Virus record (IMG/VR): IMGVR_UViG_2703718835_000004
Strand: one strand, 5' to 3'
Length of the DNA stretch: 10,170 bases
From: a virus
Taxonomy: Duplodnaviria > Heunggongvirae > Uroviricota > Caudoviricetes
The first letter of the stretch is position 1. Each line of letters begins with the position of its first letter. Of the stretch, positions 1-6,549 are shown in pieces. The position numbers and the translations under genes were made by a program. The notes beneath the pieces are model-generated. The model did not search any database. It had not been told where the DNA came from and was given only the letters and a program-made list of their open reading frames with translations.

Positions 1-521
1 TCTGAGTCCGTCACATTGTTCAGCGACAGGTCTGCACAGATGATTTCATGTGTGTTACTGTCAACGGCGAGATGCAGCTTACGCCAGATACGGCGGCGTT
101 CCTGGCCATGCTTTTTGACTTTCCACTCGCCTTCACCGAAGACCTTCAGCCCGGTGGAATCAATTACCAGGTGTGCGATTTCACCCCGGGTGGGCGTTTT
201 GAAACTGACATTAACCGACTTTGCCCGCCTGCTGACACAGCTGTAATCCGGGCAGCGTAGCGGAACGTTCATCAGAGAAAAAATGGAATCAATAAAGCCC
301 TGCGCAGCGCGCAGGGTCAGCCTGAATACGCGTTTAATGACCAGCACAGTCGTGATGGCAAGGTCAGAATAGCGCTGAGGTCTGCCTCGTGAAGAAGGTG
401 TTGCCGACTCATACCAGGCCTGAATCGCCCCATCATCCAGCCAGAAAGTGAGGGAGCCACGGTTGATGAGGGCTTTATTGTAGGTGGGCCAGTTGGTTAT
501 TTTGAACTTTTGCTTTGCCAC
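1..521 (-). CDS. IS903-family DDE transposase, N-terminal ~173 codons (3' part of the gene lies outside the window)
   Basis: Uninterrupted minus-strand frame from a GTG at 521-519 to the window edge; an in-frame TTG further upstream is an alternative start. It is absent from the ORF track because there is no stop codon inside the window. Translation is typical of IS903-group transposases. Confidence 0.8.
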   Translation of the reverse strand, partial: MAKQKFKITNWPTYNKALINRGSLTFWLDDGAIQAWYESATPSSRGRPQRYSDLAITTVLVIKRVFRLTLRAAQGFIDSIFSLMNVPLRCPDYSCVSRRAKSVNVSFKTPTRGEIAHLVIDSTGLKVFGEGEWKVKKHGQERRRIWRKLHLAVDSNTHEIICADLSLNNVTDS

Positions 522-598
522 GGAACGGTCTGCGTTGTCGGGAAGATGCGTGATCTGATCCTTCAACTTAGCAAAAGTTCGATTTATTCAACAAAGCC
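1..598 (-). mobile_element. IS903-family (IS5 family) insertion sequence, terminal ~600 bp including one 18-bp inverted repeat; the rest of the element lies beyond the window start
   Basis: Positions 581-598 (gatttattcaacaaagcc) are the reverse complement of the IS903 terminal inverted repeat GGCTTTGTTGAATAAATC. The adjoining ~500 bp closely resembles, with a few substitutions, the IS903 arm that flanks aph(3')-Ia in Tn903-derived kanamycin cassettes, as I remember it. A minus-strand reading frame runs from 521 to position 1 with no stop and translates to a DDE transposase N-terminus (VAKQKFKITNWPTYNKALINRGSLTFWLDD...). Confidence 0.85.
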
Positions 599-949
599 AC
601 TTCAATCTACAAAATTGAGCACATCACTGTTGGCAAGCCAGGATCTGAACAATACCGTCATGCTTTCGAGCTTGCCGATCAGCTTGGTTTAAAACACCCG
701 GATTGCATCGAGCATGTATTTCCGACCTATGCTGATGAGCAATGTACTCATGTCCTTACCGAAGAGGATTTTTTCAGCACTGAAGAACGAGAAGGCGTTG
801 ATCGCTGCATTGGTGTGATTTGCTCTTCAGTGAGTTATGAGTTATTCCCTAATGTCCATGAAAATGGTGGTATTGGATACCAATTCCTGTACGAAGGCGA
901 TGAGCTTAAATGTTATGAACATGGTCTTCTTATCGAAAGCGTAGAATAA
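599..949 (+). pseudogene. 3' remnant (~116 codons) of a gene truncated by the IS903-family insertion; function unknown
   Basis: Frame 2 is open from the IS boundary to a TAA at 947-949 and contains no ATG; the first internal GTG would give only ~45 aa. The frame continues back into the IS inverted repeat, as expected if the IS was inserted into a pre-existing gene. Translation (...HITVGKPGSEQYRHAFELADQLGLKHPDCIEHVFPTYADEQCTHVLTEEDFF...GGIGYQFLYEGDELKCYEHGLLIESVE) has protein-like composition, and a hairpin terminator follows. Confidence 0.45.
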
Positions 950-962
950 TACCCTTCCTTCC

Positions 963-986
963 AACCGGCTATGTTGGCCGGTTTTT
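963..986 (+). terminator. Putative intrinsic terminator of the truncated upstream gene
   Basis: Stem aaccggc (963-969) pairs with gccggtt (977-983) around a 7-nt loop, followed by a T run (982-986), 14 bp after the TAA at 947-949. Confidence 0.4.
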
Positions 987-1010
987 CACTTATCCACATT
1001 ATCCACTGGG

Positions 1011-1068
1011 TAGATCCAATAATTAGGTCCATACAGATCCCAATTAGATCCATATAGATCCCTGATCG
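1011..1068. repeat. Cluster of five GATC (Dam) sites in heptamer-like repeats (AGATCCA/AGATCCC)
   Basis: GATC at 1013-1016, 1036-1039, 1047-1050, 1057-1060 and 1064-1067. P1 oriR is known to need Dam methylation of such a cluster. Confidence 0.75.
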
Positions 1069-1106
1069 TTGCAGGCCGCGCCACGTCTGGCTTAGAAGTG
1101 TATCGC

Positions 1107-1189
1107 GATGTGTGCTGGAGGGAAAACGATGTGTGCTGGAGGGATAAAAATGTGTGCTGGCGGGATATAGGATGTGTGCTGACGGGAAA
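1107..1189 (+). repeat. incC-type iterons: four direct 19-bp RepA-binding repeats
   Basis: GATGTGTGCTGGAGGGAAA (1107-1125), GATGTGTGCTGGAGGGATA (1128-1146), AATGTGTGCTGGCGGGATA (1149-1167) and GATGTGTGCTGACGGGAAA (1171-1189), spaced 21-22 bp apart (two helical turns). Confidence 0.9.
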
Positions 1190-1245
1190 GCCTGGGTAGT
1201 TATCACCACTTATAAAAACTATCCACATAATTCGGAAAAAGTAAT

Positions 1246-2106
1246 ATGAATCAATCATTTATCTCCGATATTCTTTACGCAGACATTGAAAGTAAGGCAA
1301 AAGAACTAACAGTTAATTCAAACAACACTGTGCAGCCTGTAGCGTTGATGCGCTTGGGGGTATTCGTTCCGAAGCCATCAAAGAGCAAAGGAGAAAGTAA
1401 AGAGATTGATGCCACCAAAGCGTTTTCCCAGCTGGAGATAGCTAAAGCCGAGGGTTACGATGATATTAAAATCACCGGTCCTCGACTCGATATGGATACT
1501 GATTTCAAAACGTGGATCGGTGTCATCTACGCGTTCAGCAAATACGGCTTGTCTTCAAACACCATCCAGTTATCGTTTCAGGAGTTCGCTAAAGCCTGTG
1601 GTTTCCCCTCAAAACGTCTGGATGCGAAACTGCGTTTAACCATTCATGAATCACTTGGACGCTTGCGTAACAAGGGTATCGCTTTTAAGCGCGGAAAAGA
1701 TGCTAAAGGCGGCTATCAGACTGGTCTGCTGAAGGTCGGGCGTTTTGATGCTGACCTTGATCTGATAGAGCTGGAGGCCGATTCGAAGCTCTGGGAGCTG
1801 TTCCAGCTTGATTATCGCGTTCTGTTGCAACACCACGCCTTGCGTGCCCTTCCGAAGAAAGAAGCTGCACAAGCCATTTACACTTTCATCGAAAGCCTTC
1901 CGCAGAACCCGTTGCCGCTATCGTTCGCGCGAATCCGTGAGCGCCTGGCTTTGCAGTCAGCTGTTGGCGAGCAAAACCGTATCATTAAGAAAGCGATAGA
2001 ACAGCTTAAAACAATTGGCTATCTCGACTGTTCAATTGAGAAGAAAGGCCGGGAAAGTTTTGTAATCGTCCATTCTCGCAATCCAAAGCTGAAACTTCCC
2101 GAATAA
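1246..2106 (+). CDS. repA: RepA plasmid replication initiator (P1-type iteron-binding initiator), 286 aa
   Basis: 286-aa ORF flanked on both sides by its own iterons. The length and the N-terminal sequence (MNQSFISDILYADIESKAKELT...) match my recollection of phage P1 RepA. The stop codon overlaps the first downstream iteron. Confidence 0.92.
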   Translation: MNQSFISDILYADIESKAKELTVNSNNTVQPVALMRLGVFVPKPSKSKGESKEIDATKAFSQLEIAKAEGYDDIKITGPRLDMDTDFKTWIGVIYAFSKYGLSSNTIQLSFQEFAKACGFPSKRLDAKLRLTIHESLGRLRNKGIAFKRGKDAKGGYQTGLLKVGRFDADLDLIELEADSKLWELFQLDYRVLLQHHALRALPKKEAAQAIYTFIESLPQNPLPLSFARIRERLALQSAVGEQNRIIKKAIEQLKTIGYLDCSIEKKGRESFVIVHSRNPKLKLPE

Positions 2107-2236
2107 GTGTGTGCTGGAGGGCAGCTGCATTTGAAAAATGTGCGCTGCCGGGAATGCCTGCCCATTTTCCTGTTTTTGGTGTGCGCTGGAGGGTTGCGCC
2201 ACGCAGTTTGCCCAGACATTCCCTCCAGCACACATC
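2105..2236. repeat. incA-type iteron cluster downstream of repA (three direct, one inverted)
   Basis: Iteron cores at 2106-2121 (AGTGTGTGCTGGAGGG), 2138-2154 (ATGTGCGCTGCCGGGAA, degenerate) and 2178-2193 (GGTGTGCGCTGGAGGG), plus an inverted perfect copy at 2221-2236 (ccctccagcacacatc, reverse complement of GATGTGTGCTGGAGGG). Confidence 0.8.
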
Positions 2237-2258
2237 TAATAGCCTCATCGCCATTTCT

Positions 2259-2322
2259 TTACGTGCAATAATTTACGCACGAATCAAAATAAGTTGCACG
2301 TAGCAGAATCAAACGTACAATT
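2259..2322 (+). promoter_or_regulatory. parAB promoter with overlapping inverted-repeat operator
   Basis: Candidate sigma70 promoter with -35 TTGCAC (2294-2299) and -10 TACAAT (2316-2321), 16-bp spacer. A perfect 9-bp inverted repeat, TACGTGCAA (2260-2268) and TTGCACGTA (2294-2302), overlaps the -35. Type Ia ParA proteins are known to autorepress through such operators. Confidence 0.5.
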
Positions 2323-2345
2323 CACTCATACGAAATGATAAGGAG

Positions 2346-3557
2346 ATGATGATGAAACGCGATTACGGCGGTGTCGGCACCATAGCTCTTCGTGCAAGCG
2401 CATTACTTAAGGCCATGAGTCAGGATATTGAAGATCAGCGCAAAGAGTTCAATCAGACCGAGTATTATCAGACGTTCACTCGTAACGCTGTGGCAAAGTT
2501 GCCGAAGCTGAGCCGCCGCATTGTGGAGCAGGCCATCAAAGAGATGGAAGATGATGGGTACCAGTTCAACAAGAAACAGGTCGGTAACGTTGAACAGTAC
2601 GCGCTGACCATCCAGAACGTCATTGATATCTATGCCCACCGTAAGATCCCAAAATATCGCGACATTCACAAATCGCCTTACGTTATTTTTGTCGTAAACC
2701 TGAAGGGTGGCGTATCCAAAACGGTTTCCACAGTCACGTTGGCGCACGCTCTGCGTGTGCATCAGGATTTACTGCGTCACGATCTGCGCATTCTGGTAAT
2801 TGACCTTGACCCTCAGGCATCCAGCACAATGTTCCTCGACCATACTCACAGTATTGGTTCCATCCTGGAAACCGCCGCGCAGGCGATGCTGAACGACTTG
2901 GACGCGGAGACGCTACGCAAAGAGGTGATTCGTCCGACCATTGTTCCTGGCGTAGACGTGATTCCAGCCTCTATCGACGATGGCTTTGTTGCCAGCCAAT
3001 GGAAAGAGCTGGTTGAAGAGCATCTTCCCGGACAAAATCAGTACGAAATCCTTCGACGCAATATCATTGATCGTGTTGCTGATGATTATGACTTTATCTT
3101 TATTGATACCGGTCCACACCTGGATCCGTTCCTGCTCAACGGTCTGGCGGCCAGCGATTTGCTGCTTACCCCTACCCCACCAGCCCAGGTTGACTTCCAC
3201 TCAACACTGAAATATCTCACCCGTCTGCCAGAAATGCTGGAGCAACTGGAGGAGGAAGGCGTAGAACCGCGTTTAAGCGCCAGCATTGGTTTTATGTCGA
3301 AGATGACCGGCAAGCGCGATCACGAGACATCACACAGCCTTGCGCGTGAGGTTTACGCCAGCAACATTCTGGACTCTTCTCTGCCTCGTCTGGATGGATT
3401 TGAGCGATGCGGCGAGTCTTTCGACACCGTAATCAGTGCCAACCCGCAATCGTATCCAGGCAGTGCAGAGGCGCTGAAGAAGGCACGAACCGAGGCCGAG
3501 CGTTTCACTAAGGCTGTGTTTGATCGAATTGAGTTTGTTAGGGGTGAGGCGGCATGA
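2346..3557 (+). CDS. parA: ParA partition ATPase, type Ia (P1/P7 family), with N-terminal regulatory extension
   Basis: Deviant Walker A motif KGGVSKT (residues 120-126, nt 2703-2723) after a ~100-aa N-terminal extension; overall clearly similar to, but not identical with, P1 ParA as I recall it. Three consecutive ATGs at 2346-2354 follow an AGGAG at 2341-2345, so the real start is probably the second or third ATG (2349 or 2352). Confidence 0.92.
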   Translation: MMMKRDYGGVGTIALRASALLKAMSQDIEDQRKEFNQTEYYQTFTRNAVAKLPKLSRRIVEQAIKEMEDDGYQFNKKQVGNVEQYALTIQNVIDIYAHRKIPKYRDIHKSPYVIFVVNLKGGVSKTVSTVTLAHALRVHQDLLRHDLRILVIDLDPQASSTMFLDHTHSIGSILETAAQAMLNDLDAETLRKEVIRPTIVPGVDVIPASIDDGFVASQWKELVEEHLPGQNQYEILRRNIIDRVADDYDFIFIDTGPHLDPFLLNGLAASDLLLTPTPPAQVDFHSTLKYLTRLPEMLEQLEEEGVEPRLSASIGFMSKMTGKRDHETSHSLAREVYASNILDSSLPRLDGFERCGESFDTVISANPQSYPGSAEALKKARTEAERFTKAVFDRIEFVRGEAA

Positions 3558-4519
3558 AAAAAATAGTTTCCCGTGGACGAGTGCTGGGCAAGAATAGCTC
3601 CGAGTTTGCTCGCATGCTTGAAGGCAGTGAAGGCACCAAAACCTTTACCCTAAAATCTGGCCGCCAGGCTAAATTTTTGCTTACCGTTGTGCTGAGTGGT
3701 GAGATTGAGTCGCGCACGTTCGTTGACCCGGCAGTTAACGGCCGCGATCAGTCTCTGCTCACCCCTGAGTCGGTAAGCGATATTTCCCGCACCATTAAAT
3801 TGCAACAGTTCTTCCCGGCTATCGGTCGTATGGTTGGGGAGCGCATTGAGGTATTGGACGGATCACGTCGCCGCGCTGCGTGTATCTTCAATGAAACGAA
3901 ATTTGAGATTCTGGTGACGAAAGATGAGATCAGCCTGGCGGATGCACGCCAGCTGGCCATTGATATCCAGACAGCCCGCGAACACACCCTGCGCGAACTG
4001 GGTAAACGCTTCGAGGTTATGTATGGTAAGAGCATGACCAAAGAAGAGATCGCCCGCGCTGAGAACATTTCAAAGGCTAAAGTTACGCGCGCGTTCCAGG
4101 CGGCAGCGGTGCCGGATGAGATGATTGCTGTCTTCCCTGTTGCCAGCGATCTCGCCCTGCCAGATTACCAGTTACTGCTCCAGATCTCCGAGGATGCCAA
4201 CGCTAAAAGCGTGCCTATTGAAGAGCTGGTTGATACGGTGCGCGAACGAATTGCAGAGACTGAGGGCGCGAAAGAGGATAAAGCGAAGATACTGGCTATC
4301 TTCAAAGCGGAAAGCAAAAGCCTGAAGCCCGCGCCGGTTAAATCTGTGGTGGTTGAGAAGCTGCGAGACTTCTCTGACCGTCGCCAATATGCTCGAAAGA
4401 AGTCCGATCCGAAAAAACGGGTTGTCGCCTACGAGTTCTCCAGACTCCCGTCTGAAGTGCAAACTGAAATTGACGAAGCAATAAAAAAAATCATTGGGAA
4501 AATGTCTGCTGGGGAATAA
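3554..4519 (+). CDS. parB: ParB centromere-binding partition protein (P1/P7 family), 321 aa
   Basis: Start codon overlaps the parA stop (ATGA at 3554-3557), implying translational coupling. Sits between parA and a parS-like site; conserved stretches (GRDQSLLTP, ILDGSRRRAA, AKVTRAFQAA) resemble P1 ParB. Confidence 0.9.
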   Translation: MKKIVSRGRVLGKNSSEFARMLEGSEGTKTFTLKSGRQAKFLLTVVLSGEIESRTFVDPAVNGRDQSLLTPESVSDISRTIKLQQFFPAIGRMVGERIEVLDGSRRRAACIFNETKFEILVTKDEISLADARQLAIDIQTAREHTLRELGKRFEVMYGKSMTKEEIARAENISKAKVTRAFQAAAVPDEMIAVFPVASDLALPDYQLLLQISEDANAKSVPIEELVDTVRERIAETEGAKEDKAKILAIFKAESKSLKPAPVKSVVVEKLRDFSDRRQYARKKSDPKKRVVAYEFSRLPSEVQTEIDEAIKKIIGKMSAGE

Positions 4520-4559
4520 TTCCGCTGGTGGGAGGTGGTGTTAGCCCCTCCCCTTTCTA

Positions 4560-4650
4560 AAATGTCCCGCACCAATTTCATTGCTAACCTTGTGATTTGC
4601 ATGTGTTTTTTAGGAGAATTTCAGACTGAAATTCCCACGATTTAACGCCT
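4560..4650 (+). other. parS-like partition site (centromere analogue): heptamer and hexamer ParB boxes around an IHF-like site
   Basis: Right arm AATTTCAG-ACTGAAAT-TCCCAC-GATTTAAC (4617-4646) is arranged like the P1 parS right arm as I recall it. Left arm has TCCCGC (4565-4570) and ATTTCAT (4575-4581). Between them, an IHF-consensus-like AATCACAAGGTTA lies on the minus strand at about 4586-4598. Confidence 0.7.
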
Positions 4651-4703
4651 GCATTCACCGTCCACTTCCCCGCACAAAAAATTTAAAAAATTACTTTTCG
4701 CGA

Positions 4704-4733
4704 GAAAGTCAACAAGTGACTTTCAATAAAATC
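4704..4733 (+). promoter_or_regulatory. Candidate late-type promoter for the structural operon: inverted repeat upstream of an A/T-rich -10
   Basis: Perfect 8-bp inverted repeat GAAAGTCA (4704-4711) / TGACTTTC (4717-4724) with a 5-bp spacer, followed by TAAAAT (4727-4732) and no recognisable -35. P1 late promoters are known to pair a -10 with an upstream conserved element bound by the late activator in place of a -35. Confidence 0.4.
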
Positions 4734-4783
4734 TCTTCCGAAAAGGGATTCACACAAGTGCCTTGTGTTTAAGGAAGAGTAAA

Positions 4784-6490
4784 TTGAGTAACTTACGCGA
4801 ATACCAGAATCGTATTGCAGATATCGCAAAACGCTCTAAAGCTGTGCTTGGCTGGGCAAGCACTGCGCAGTTCGGTACTGATAACCAATTCATTAAAGAT
4901 GATGCCGCGCGTGCCGCATCTATCCTTGAAGCTGCACGTAAAGACCCGGTTTTTGCGGGTATCTCTGATAATGCCACCGCTCAAATCGCTACAGCGTGGG
5001 CAAGTGCACTGGCTGACTACGCCGCAGCACATAAATCTATGCCGCGTCCGGAAATTCTGGCCTCCTGCCACCAGACGCTGGAAAACTGCCTGATTGAGTC
5101 CACCCGCAATAGCATGGATGCCACTAATAAAGCGATGCTGGAATCCGTCGCAGCAGAGATGATGAGCGTTTCTGACGGTGTTATGCGTCTGCCTTTATTC
5201 CTCGCGATGATCCTGCCTGTTCAGTTGGGGGCAGCTACCGCTGATGCGTGTACCTTCATTCCGGTTACGCGTGACCAGTCCGACATCTATGAAGTCTTTA
5301 ACGTGGCAGGTTCATCTTTTGGTTCTTATGCTGCTGGTGATGTTCTGGACATGCAATCCGTCGGTGTGTACAGCCAGTTACGTCGCCGCTATGTGCTGGT
5401 GGCAAGCTCCGATGGCACCAGCAAAACCGCAACCTTCAAGATGGAAGACTTCGAAGGCCAGAATGTACCAATCCGAAAAGGTCGCACTAACATCTACGTT
5501 AACCGTATTAAGTCTGTTGTTGATAACGGTTCCGGCAGCCTACTTCACTCGTTTACTAATGCTGCTGGTGAGCAAATCACTGTTACCTGCTCTCTGAACT
5601 ACAACATTGGTCAGATTGCCCTGTCGTTCTCCAAAGCGCCGGATAAAGGCACTGAGATCGCAATTGAGACGGAAATCAATATTGAAGCCGCTCCTGAGCT
5701 GATCCCGCTGATCAACCACGAAATGAAGAAATACACCCTGTTCCCAAGTCAGTTCGTTATCGCGGCTGAGCACACGGTACAGGCGGCGTATGAAGCACAG
5801 CGTGAATTTGGTCTGGACCTGGGTTCCCTACAGTTCCGCACCCTGAAGGAATACCTGTCTCATGAACAGGATATGCTGCGTCTTCGCATCATGATCTGGC
5901 GTACTCTTGCGACCGACACCTTTGACATCGCTCTGCCGGTTAACCAGTCCTTTGATGTATGGGCAACCATCATTCGTGGCAAATTCCAGACTGTATATCG
6001 CGACATTATTGAGCGCGTTAAATCTTCTGGTGCGATGGGGATGTTTGCTGGTGCTGATGCAGCATCTTTCTTCAAACAGTTGCCGAAGGATTTCTTCCAG
6101 CCAGCCGAAGACTATATCCAGACTCCGTATGTTCACTACATCGGTACCCTGTTCGGTAACGTGAAAGTGTACGAAGTACCTGCTGGTATTTGTAAGAACT
6201 TAACGACAGAGAACATTCAGTTCAGCTCGATGGATGTGCTGTGCTACGTCCGTGATGAAAATCCGGGTAAAGCAGGCTTCGTGACTGGTGATGCTGTCCC
6301 GGCCATCCCGTTCCAGCATCCGACCACTCCGGCGCTGGTCAACCGTACCACGCTGTGGGGTTCGGCTATCAACGATATGCACCCACGCAACGGCGCTGAT
6401 TACTTCACTCGTGTAACGCTGACAATGGCCAAAAAAGGCGGGCTTAACTTTATAAGCGGCGACACGATTGATGCCGGTGACTCTGAGTAA
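4784..6490 (+). CDS. Putative major head (capsid) protein, ~568 aa; probable TTG start
   Basis: Long ORF (track 4763-6490) with no in-frame ATG for ~90 codons. The TTG at 4784 lies 6 nt after a strong AAGGAAG (4771-4777). It is the first gene of an operon immediately after parS and before the sheath gene; size (~62 kDa) and position match the P1 major head gene next to par, from memory. Function is inferred from synteny and size only. Confidence 0.5.
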   Translation: MSNLREYQNRIADIAKRSKAVLGWASTAQFGTDNQFIKDDAARAASILEAARKDPVFAGISDNATAQIATAWASALADYAAAHKSMPRPEILASCHQTLENCLIESTRNSMDATNKAMLESVAAEMMSVSDGVMRLPLFLAMILPVQLGAATADACTFIPVTRDQSDIYEVFNVAGSSFGSYAAGDVLDMQSVGVYSQLRRRYVLVASSDGTSKTATFKMEDFEGQNVPIRKGRTNIYVNRIKSVVDNGSGSLLHSFTNAAGEQITVTCSLNYNIGQIALSFSKAPDKGTEIAIETEINIEAAPELIPLINHEMKKYTLFPSQFVIAAEHTVQAAYEAQREFGLDLGSLQFRTLKEYLSHEQDMLRLRIMIWRTLATDTFDIALPVNQSFDVWATIIRGKFQTVYRDIIERVKSSGAMGMFAGADAASFFKQLPKDFFQPAEDYIQTPYVHYIGTLFGNVKVYEVPAGICKNLTTENIQFSSMDVLCYVRDENPGKAGFVTGDAVPAIPFQHPTTPALVNRTTLWGSAINDMHPRNGADYFTRVTLTMAKKGGLNFISGDTIDAGDSE

Positions 6491-6516
6491 TCAGGGGAAG
6501 TTCTCCGTTTAACATA

Positions 6517-6534
6517 GCGCCCCGTGCGGGGCGC
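6517..6534 (+). other. GC-rich hairpin between the head and sheath genes (no U tract)
   Basis: gcgcccc (6517-6523) pairs with ggggcgc (6528-6534) around a gtgc loop, 27 nt after the stop of the head gene; the following sequence is not T-rich, so it is not a classic terminator. Confidence 0.4.
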
Positions 6535-6549
6535 ATAACAGGGAAAGTT

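Larger units (their letters stand above)
990..1230. other. oriR-type plasmid replication origin (DnaA boxes, GATC cluster, incC iterons, repA leader)
   Basis: Tandem DnaA boxes TTATCCACA (990-998) and TTATCCACT (999-1007); five GATC sites within 55 bp; four 19-bp iterons; a further DnaA-box-like CTATCCACA at 1219-1227 just upstream of repA. This architecture matches what is known for the phage P1 plasmid origin. Confidence 0.8.

Noticed and set aside
16-260. Two plus-strand ORFs (76 aa and 70 aa) at the left edge
   Set aside because: They lie antisense to the IS903-family transposase frame, which reads continuously on the minus strand from 521 to the window edge; they are shadow ORFs.
1-598. 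Left-edge element considered as IS1 or a Tn3-family end
   Set aside because: The terminal repeat and the internal sequence match the IS903 group (IS5 family) as found in Tn903, not IS1 or Tn3 ends.
510-692. 60-aa plus-strand ORF
   Set aside because: It spans the IS terminal inverted repeat and the IS/target junction and is out of frame with the gene remnant, so it is most likely fortuitous.
1107-1189. Regularly spaced direct repeats considered as a possible CRISPR array
   Set aside because: The repeats are 19 bp with only 2-3 bp between them, flank a Rep initiator gene on both sides and recur in inverted orientation downstream; this is iteron architecture, not repeat-spacer structure.
913-1258. 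Minus-strand ORFs of 98 aa and 90 aa
   Set aside because: They cover the DnaA boxes, GATC cluster and iterons of the origin; the repetitive iteron sequence generates the open frame (repeated STHRFPSSTH peptide).
1651-2303. Several short ORFs on both strands inside and just after repA
   Set aside because: Embedded in or antisense to repA and the incA iterons, with no ribosome-binding sites and low-complexity translations.
2403-4462. Minus-strand and alternate-frame ORFs of 66-119 aa within parA and parB
   Set aside because: Fully contained within well-supported partition genes; no independent signals.
4750-6382. Alternate-frame and antisense ORFs of 60-117 aa inside the head gene
   Set aside because: Nested within a 568-aa coding frame with coherent composition; none has its own SD or start context.
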